41,124 nucleotides of DNA from a virus (Duplodnaviria; Caudoviricetes), in the IMG/VR virus record IMGVR_UViG_3300032216_000564, positions 1-41,124 of that record; one strand, 5' to 3'. Shown piece after piece: positions 34,961 through 41,124 of the stretch (the stretch's first letter is position 1; each line of letters opens with the position of its first letter). The notes under the pieces were generated by a model. That model was not told where the DNA came from and ran no database searches. It saw only the letters and a list, made by a program, of their open reading frames with translations. The translations under genes were made by a program, and so were the position numbers.

Positions 34961-37477
34961 ATGGCAATAGATAAAAGTGTAGGTCAAGCTCCTCAAGGTA
35001 TTGAAGAATTAGCAATGGCTCAACCTGATATGAGTATTGAGATTGAGAATCCTGATTCAGTCACATTAGATGATGGCAGTATGGAGATTACCATTGTGCC
35101 AGGTAAAGATAAAAAAGCAGATAAGTTCAATGATAACTTAGCAGAAGATATGGATGAAAGACAATTAGTAGAATTGTCTGGTGATTTGATGGGTGAGTTT
35201 AGAACCGACATTGAATCTAGAAAAGATTGGTTAAATACATATGTTGAAGGTCTAGAACTACTAGGTCTTAAAGTAGAAGATAGAACAGAACCATGGCCAG
35301 GTGCATGTAACGTGTATCATCCGCTTATGACTGAAGCGTTAGTTAAGTTCCAAGCAGAAACCATGATGGAAACTTTCCCAGCAGCAGGTCCAGTTAAAAC
35401 CCAAGTGATAGGTAAACAAACTCCAGAGAAAATGGATGCAGCGCTTCGTGTTAAAGAAGATATGAACTATCAGTTAACAGAGAAGATGCCTGAGTATCGT
35501 CCAGAACATGAAAGAATGTTATGGGGACTAGGATTAGCAGGTAATGCGTTCAAGAAAGTTTACTTTGATCCTTCTCTTGATCGTCAAGTATCCATGTATG
35601 TGACAGCTGAAGATATTGTTGTACCTTATGGAGCATCAAACTTAGAAACAGCTGAACGTGTAACGCACGTTATGCGTAAAACTAAAAATGAGATTCGTAA
35701 ATTACAAGTGGCTGGCTTCTATAGAGATATAGATTTAGGTGAGCCATCTCATGACACTGATGAAGCTGAAAAGAAAATTGCAGAAAAGATGGGATTCAAC
35801 TCATCAGAAGATGATCGCTTTAAAATTTTAGAATGTCATGTTAACTTAGATTTAGAAAATGGTGATGATGACGATGGTATAGCACTTCCTTATGTTGTAA
35901 CTATTGAACATGGTACAGGAGAAATATTAGCGATACGTCGTAACTGGCAGCCAGATGATAAACAAAGATTAAAACGTCAACACTTTGTACATTATGGCTA
36001 TATTCCAGGTTTTGGCTTTTATTGCTTCGGCTTGATCCATTTGATAGGTGCTTTTGCCAAATCAGGTACTATGATCTTACGTCAACTTGTAGACGCAGGT
36101 ACTCTATCAAACCTACCAGGTGGTATGAAGTCAAGAGGACTTCGTATCAAAGGTGATGATACTCCGATTGCTCCAGGTGAATGGAGAGATGTAGATGTAC
36201 CATCAGGTGCTATCAGAGATAACATTCTACCATTACCTTATAAAGAGCCATCACAAGTTCTTAATCAATTAATGAATCAAATTGTTGATGAAGGAAGAAG
36301 GTTTGCTTCTGCTGCAGATATGAAAGTATCTGATATGAGTGCTAATTCACCAGTAGGAACTACATTAGCTATATTAGAACGTACATTAAAAGTTATGTCC
36401 GCTGTTCAAGCTCGTATCTATTATGCAATGAAACAAGAGTTTAAATTATTAGCGGGTATCATTAAAGATTACACACCTGAAGAGTATTCATACGAACCCG
36501 AAGTAGGTGATAGACGTGCTAAACAATCTGATTATGATTGCTGTGATGTTATACCGGTATCAGATCCTAACGCAGCTACAATGTCTCAAAAGGTTGTGCA
36601 ATATCAAGCAGTTATGCAAATGGCACAACAAAATCCACAAATTTATGACTTACCAGAACTTAATAAACAAATGCTTGAAGTATTAGGTGTTAAGAACATT
36701 GGTAAACTTATACCTACAGCGGATGATCAAAAGCCTAAAGATCCTGTATCAGAAAATATGGCAATCATTAATGGTAAACCTGTTAAAGCGTTTTTATATC
36801 AAGATCATGAAGCACATATTAAAGTACATATGTCTGCAATTCAAGATCCAAAAATGGCGCAACTGATTGGTCAGAATCCGATGGCACAACAAATACAATC
36901 AGCTGCAATGGCTCATATTAATGAACATGTAGCGTTTGCTTATAGACAACAGATTGAAAAACAATTAGGTGCATCATTACCAGCACCCGATGATGAACTT
37001 CCACAAACTGTAGAAGTAGAATTATCTAAATTAACTGCTCAAGCTGCAGAACAATTATTACAATTGAATCAAAAAGAAGTAGCACAACAACAAGCACAAC
37101 AACAAGCACAAGATCCGTTAATTCAAATGCAACAACAAGAGTTGGCAATCAAACAACAAGAAGTTCAAATCAAAGCCCAAAAAACTCAAGCAGATATTGA
37201 GTTAGATAAAGCACGATTGATTCTTGATAAAGAAAAGATTGACTCTCAAGAAAGAATTGAAGGAGCTAAACTTGGTCAAAAAGCTATGCTTGATCAACAA
37301 CAATTAGAAGCTACTCAACATGCGCGTGGAGTTGAGTTAGGTTTAGATTTATTAAAAACTGAAAACTCACAAGATCATGCTAGTGCTATGAAGGATAAAG
37401 ATCACGCTATGCAGTTGCAACAAATGATGAAACAACAAGCACAACCAGAGGAAATACCCCAACCAACAGAGGAGTAA
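34961..37477 (+). CDS. Portal protein with Gln-rich C-terminal coiled coil (P22-like barrel)
   Basis: 838 aa immediately after terL. Contains GNAFKKVYFD, GFGFYCFGL and RQLVDAGTLSNLPGG, with a Q-rich tail. Confidence 0.8.
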   Translation: MAIDKSVGQAPQGIEELAMAQPDMSIEIENPDSVTLDDGSMEITIVPGKDKKADKFNDNLAEDMDERQLVELSGDLMGEFRTDIESRKDWLNTYVEGLELLGLKVEDRTEPWPGACNVYHPLMTEALVKFQAETMMETFPAAGPVKTQVIGKQTPEKMDAALRVKEDMNYQLTEKMPEYRPEHERMLWGLGLAGNAFKKVYFDPSLDRQVSMYVTAEDIVVPYGASNLETAERVTHVMRKTKNEIRKLQVAGFYRDIDLGEPSHDTDEAEKKIAEKMGFNSSEDDRFKILECHVNLDLENGDDDDGIALPYVVTIEHGTGEILAIRRNWQPDDKQRLKRQHFVHYGYIPGFGFYCFGLIHLIGAFAKSGTMILRQLVDAGTLSNLPGGMKSRGLRIKGDDTPIAPGEWRDVDVPSGAIRDNILPLPYKEPSQVLNQLMNQIVDEGRRFASAADMKVSDMSANSPVGTTLAILERTLKVMSAVQARIYYAMKQEFKLLAGIIKDYTPEEYSYEPEVGDRRAKQSDYDCCDVIPVSDPNAATMSQKVVQYQAVMQMAQQNPQIYDLPELNKQMLEVLGVKNIGKLIPTADDQKPKDPVSENMAIINGKPVKAFLYQDHEAHIKVHMSAIQDPKMAQLIGQNPMAQQIQSAAMAHINEHVAFAYRQQIEKQLGASLPAPDDELPQTVEVELSKLTAQAAEQLLQLNQKEVAQQQAQQQAQDPLIQMQQQELAIKQQEVQIKAQKTQADIELDKARLILDKEKIDSQERIEGAKLGQKAMLDQQQLEATQHARGVELGLDLLKTENSQDHASAMKDKDHAMQLQQMMKQQAQPEEIPQPTEE

Positions 37478-37481
37478 CTAA

Positions 37482-37676
37482 ATGGACCAAACGCTAGAGC
37501 TATTATTGTCTCGAATAGAGGATCAGCGCAAAACAGTTTTAAATAATTTAGGAGACGGAGCAGCAAAAGATTTTGCTTCGTACCAAAATATGGCAGGATA
37601 TATTCGAGGTCTATCCGTCGCAGAAAGTTTAATTAAAGACCTTGCACAAAGAATGGAGACATATGACGATGAGTGA
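37482..37676 (+). CDS. Small head-module hypothetical protein
   Basis: 64 aa (GAAKDFASYQNMAGYIRGL) with a GAGGAG RBS. Confidence 0.7.
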   Translation: MDQTLELLLSRIEDQRKTVLNNLGDGAAKDFASYQNMAGYIRGLSVAESLIKDLAQRMETYDDE

Positions 37677-38115
37677 TCAAATACTCACAATGAATAAAAA
37701 TTTGGTAGATGCAAATGGTCGACCAATTATTGTTCCAAAAATTGAAGATGTAGATGCAGAAGATATACCTATTGAAGAACGTGGTTTACAGTTACCAGAG
37801 CCTAAAGGATACAAGATACTTTGTGCAATTCCTGATGCTGCGGAAACATATCAAGGTGGTATAGTAAAAGCAGATTCAACTAGAACTACTGAAGAATTAT
37901 CAACTGTAGTTTTATTTGTAGTAAAAGTAGGTGACTTAGCTTATAAAGATGAAGTCAGATTTCCTACAGGTCCATGGTGTAAAGAGGGTGATTTTGTTTT
38001 GACACGTGCATACGCAGGTACAAGATTTAAAATCCACGGAAGAGAATTCCGCATTATTAACGACGATACAGTCGAGGGGGTTGTTGAAGATCCTCGTGGC
38101 TATACTCGCGCATAA
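37669..38115 (+). CDS. groES: GroES-like co-chaperonin
   Basis: LPEPKGYKIL...GGIV...VVKVGDLAY...GDFVL...YAGTRFKIHGREFRIINDDTVEGVV. Start is 37663 or 37669. Confidence 0.85.
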   Translation: MSDQILTMNKNLVDANGRPIIVPKIEDVDAEDIPIEERGLQLPEPKGYKILCAIPDAAETYQGGIVKADSTRTTEELSTVVLFVVKVGDLAYKDEVRFPTGPWCKEGDFVLTRAYAGTRFKIHGREFRIINDDTVEGVVEDPRGYTRA

Positions 38116-38125
38116 GGAGAATTAA

Positions 38126-39169
38126 ATGGCTTCAGAAAAAAAGGACGGCATTGTCTTTGAATATCCAGACGATGATGAAATTCCAGGCACGACAGGTAAT
38201 AAAGTAAATGATGAAACAGAAGTTGATATAAGTCCTAAAGAAGCTCAACCTAAAAAAGAAGTTAAGGTTGAAGCAAAGGCAGATGATTTTGATCTTGAAA
38301 TTGAAGACGATACCCCAGCTGCTGACAAAGGTAAAGAACCCTTACCTAAAGAAGTAGTAGAAGAATTAGAAAAAGATAATCTAGATGATTATTCTGAAAG
38401 AGTTAAAACTCGCATGGCTCAGCTTAGAAAAGTTTATCACGACGAAAGACGTGCTAAAGAATCTGCAGACCGTGAACGCCAGGAAGCTATTGCATTTGCT
38501 AAACAAATTGCAGATGAAAACAAGAAGTTAAAAACTTCTTTAAGTTCTGGTGAAGAAACATATCTTGAAACACTTAAAAATGGGTTGGAACATCAGTTAA
38601 GTCTAGCTAAACGTGATTATCGTGAAGCTTATGATTCTGGTGATACTGAAAAGATTATTGAAGCGCAACAAAAAATGAATGATGCACAATATCGTTTATC
38701 TCAGGCGCAATCATACCAACCTAGGTATAAAACCTCTTTACAAAACGATGAAAAAGAGGTATATATACAACAAAACGAAACCCCTGCGTTTAAACCAGAT
38801 AATAAAGCTCTTGCTTGGCAAGAAAAGAATGACTGGTTTGGTAAAGACGAGGAAATGACTAGCTTAGCGCTTGGTCTACATGAAAAATTAGTTAGAAGCG
38901 GCATAGATCCCGCATCTGACGATTATTATCGTCGTATCGATGGTACGATGCAAAAACGATTCCCAGAATACTTTGGGGATGCAACGCTAGACGAGGACCA
39001 ACCCGCCCAGCGCACTAAACCTTCGAATGTAGTTGCTCCGGCAACGCGTAGTACCGCGCCTAAAAAAGTACGATTGACGAAGACACAAGTAGCGTTAGCC
39101 AAAAAATTTGGACTAACACCGGAACAATATGCAAGAGAAACTTTAAAATTGGAGAAAACAAATGGATGA
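38126..39169 (+). CDS. Putative capsid scaffolding protein
   Basis: Acidic coiled coil, WQEKNDWFG, and a C-terminal LTKTQVALAKKFGLTPEQYA. Lies between portal and capsid genes. Confidence 0.7.
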   Translation: MASEKKDGIVFEYPDDDEIPGTTGNKVNDETEVDISPKEAQPKKEVKVEAKADDFDLEIEDDTPAADKGKEPLPKEVVEELEKDNLDDYSERVKTRMAQLRKVYHDERRAKESADRERQEAIAFAKQIADENKKLKTSLSSGEETYLETLKNGLEHQLSLAKRDYREAYDSGDTEKIIEAQQKMNDAQYRLSQAQSYQPRYKTSLQNDEKEVYIQQNETPAFKPDNKALAWQEKNDWFGKDEEMTSLALGLHEKLVRSGIDPASDDYYRRIDGTMQKRFPEYFGDATLDEDQPAQRTKPSNVVAPATRSTAPKKVRLTKTQVALAKKFGLTPEQYARETLKLEKTNG

Positions 39170-39611
39170 TAAAAGATTAGATCGTGAACAAGAAGTAAGA
39201 AGTGAATTTGTAAGACCAGATAGCTGGAAACCTGCATCATTATTGCCTGAATTTAAAAAGCAACCAGGTTGGGCATATCGCTGGATTCGTACAAGTTTAT
39301 TAAACGAAGCTGATAATCTAAATGTTTCTACAAGAATGCGTGAAGGATGGGAACCCGTTAAATTAGCGGACCACCCTGAAATGAAGTTAATGATCGACCA
39401 AAATTCTCGTTTTAAAGACGGCATTGAAATTGGTGGATTATTACTTTGCAAGATCCCAGAAGAGTTTGTTGGACAACGTAAAGCTTACTATGAAAATCAA
39501 GCAAAACAGCAAGCCGATGCAGTTGACAACAGCTTTATGAAACAGAATGATCCTCGTATGCCATTGTTTGCGGACAAGAAGTCTACGACATCATTCGGTA
39601 AAGGTAACTAA
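39162..39611 (+). CDS. Conserved head-module hypothetical protein
   Basis: 149 aa; YRWIR...REGWEPV...IGGLLLCKIP. Confidence 0.7.
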   Translation: MDDKRLDREQEVRSEFVRPDSWKPASLLPEFKKQPGWAYRWIRTSLLNEADNLNVSTRMREGWEPVKLADHPEMKLMIDQNSRFKDGIEIGGLLLCKIPEEFVGQRKAYYENQAKQQADAVDNSFMKQNDPRMPLFADKKSTTSFGKGN

Positions 39612-39634
39612 TATAAATATTTAAGGAGATTATT

Positions 39635-40258
39635 ATGGCGTATCCAACCGTAAACACTCCCTATGGCTTTGATCCGATTAATCGTTATGATGGTATTCCA
39701 TACGCTGGCGCTACTTTACAGTATCCAATCAGCGGATCTTACAATACCCCAATCTATAACGGTTCTTCAGTAAAAATCGTAGCGGGTGGTACACTCGAAT
39801 TATCAGGCGCAACAACTACAGGCACTATTATTGGTGTTTTTATGGGCTGCCAATATGTTAATTCATCAGGTCAAACAGTTCAAGCTCAATACTACCCAGG
39901 TACAAGCGTTACTAACGCTATTGCTTACGTAGTAGTTGATCCTACAGCTGAATTTAAAGTAGCATTAACAGCTTCAGGCGCTCCTACAGTAGTAGTTGGT
40001 GCTAACGCAACTATCGTTGGTTCTAATTTAGCTGAAATCCAAAACGGTACAGGTTCTACAACAACAGGCAATGCACAATCATCATGCGTTATCCCTGGTA
40101 CTGGTACTGGTTCAGCAACAACATTACCATGGAGAGTAGTTGCAGTTGTACCTGACACAGCTTACACATCAGGTTCTACAGTGCTTTACCCAGAAGTAAT
40201 TGTTAAAGTCAACAACCCACAGTTAACTGCCCTTACCGGCGTTAATTACACAGCTTAA
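39635..40258 (+). CDS. Putative capsid decoration / minor capsid protein
   Basis: 207 aa, Thr/Gly/Val beta-rich, with an AAGGAG RBS. Directly precedes the major capsid gene. Confidence 0.55.
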   Translation: MAYPTVNTPYGFDPINRYDGIPYAGATLQYPISGSYNTPIYNGSSVKIVAGGTLELSGATTTGTIIGVFMGCQYVNSSGQTVQAQYYPGTSVTNAIAYVVVDPTAEFKVALTASGAPTVVVGANATIVGSNLAEIQNGTGSTTTGNAQSSCVIPGTGTGSATTLPWRVVAVVPDTAYTSGSTVLYPEVIVKVNNPQLTALTGVNYTA

Positions 40259-40274
40259 TTAAGGAGAAAAGAAC

Positions 40275-41124
40275 ATGGCTATTTCACGTGCACAGCTCCT
40301 AAAAGAGCTATTACCAGGATTGAACGCATTGTTCGGTCTAGAATACAAACGTTATGGTGAAGAACATAAAGAAATTTATGAAACAGAAACATCAGAACGT
40401 TCATTCGAAGAAGAAACAAAACTATCAGGTTTCTCAGCAGCACCAGTCAAAAACGAAGGTACAGCTATCGCTTATGACAATGCTCAAGAAGCTTGGACTG
40501 CTCGATACAATCATCAAACTATCGCTCTTGGCTTCAGCTTAACTGAAGAAGCTGTAGAAGATAACTTGTATGATACTTTATCAGCACGTTACACAAAGGC
40601 TTTAGCTCGCGCTATGGCTTACACAAAACAAGTTAAGGCTGCTGCAGTTCTTAATAATGGCTTCAACACTTCTGGTTCATACAACGGTGGTGATGGTGTT
40701 TCATTATTTAACACAGCTCATCCTCTTGTTTCAGGCGGTACAAACAGCAACACTCAATCAACTCCAACAGACTTGAATGAAACTTCATTGGAAAATGCAG
40801 TTATTCAAATCGCAGCTTGGACTGATGAGCGTGGTCTCTTGATCGCTGCCCAACCACGTAAATTAGTTGTTCCACCAGCATTGCAATTCGTTGCAACTCG
40901 CTTGTTAGAAACTGAACTACGTGTTGGTACAGCTGATAATGATATCAATGCAATTAAGAATAACGGTTCTATCCCAGAAGGTTACGCAATTAACCACTTC
41001 TTGACAGATACAAACGCTTACTTCTTAACAACTGATGTTCCTAACGGCATGAAGCACTTTGAACGTACTCCATTGTCTACATCTATGGATGGTGACTTTG
41101 ATACAGGTAACGTTCGTTACAAGG
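40275..41124 (+). CDS. Major capsid protein (HK97 fold, Mu gpT-like), truncated at window end; not in ORF track
   Basis: AAGGAG RBS then MAISRAQLLKELLPGLNALFGLEY...SERSFEEETKLSGF...EEAVEDNLYD...KLVVPPAL...DFDTGNVRYK, open to the edge. Confidence 0.88.
   Translation, partial: MAISRAQLLKELLPGLNALFGLEYKRYGEEHKEIYETETSERSFEEETKLSGFSAAPVKNEGTAIAYDNAQEAWTARYNHQTIALGFSLTEEAVEDNLYDTLSARYTKALARAMAYTKQVKAAAVLNNGFNTSGSYNGGDGVSLFNTAHPLVSGGTNSNTQSTPTDLNETSLENAVIQIAAWTDERGLLIAAQPRKLVVPPALQFVATRLLETELRVGTADNDINAIKNNGSIPEGYAINHFLTDTNAYFLTTDVPNGMKHFERTPLSTSMDGDFDTGNVRYK

Noticed and set aside
732-40542. Short alternate-frame and antisense ORFs in the track (e.g. 732, 3076, 5751, 6134, 7592, 8416, 9395, 11018, 11825, 12621, 16099, 19949, 24250, 27513, 28116, 33621-35211, 38701-40542)
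   Set aside because: They are nested in or opposite well-supported genes and show no recognisable motifs. 40354..40542 is an off-frame shadow of the capsid gene.
1-41124. Stop-codon reassignment, introns or inteins
   Set aside because: Core genes (polymerase, helicase, terminase, portal) are intact and of ordinary length in the standard code.

Overview
This is about 41 kb of an AT-rich tailed dsDNA phage genome (Caudoviricetes, podovirus-like gene order), apparently opened at an arbitrary point. On the + strand, 1-10601 holds the end of a structural gene, internal-virion/ejection proteins, a GNAT-like protein and a 1861-aa polyvalent-type protein. On the - strand, 10596-32722 holds a replication module (primase-helicase, HTH regulator, SSB, two HNH nucleases, SNF2 helicase, PD-(D/E)XK exonuclease, family A DNA polymerase, VRR-NUC) and an early region (DUF3150-like, vWA-metallopeptidase, MoxR-like AAA ATPase, SleB-like hydrolase, many tiny ORFs). 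On the + strand, 32824-41124 holds the terminases, portal, GroES, scaffold and a truncated major capsid gene that the ORF track missed. The most notable unexplained structure is non-coding: (i) five dispersed copies of a 34-bp imperfect palindrome with a conserved asymmetric centre in early-gene leaders; (ii) a ~0.8-kb gene-free locus with six IHF-consensus sites and about ten AAATTACA repeats; (iii) a 13-bp palindrome over the -35 box of four promoters; (iv) three candidate structured RNAs. No integrase, tRNA or CRISPR array was seen. All protein calls come from motif recognition by eye, with no database search.
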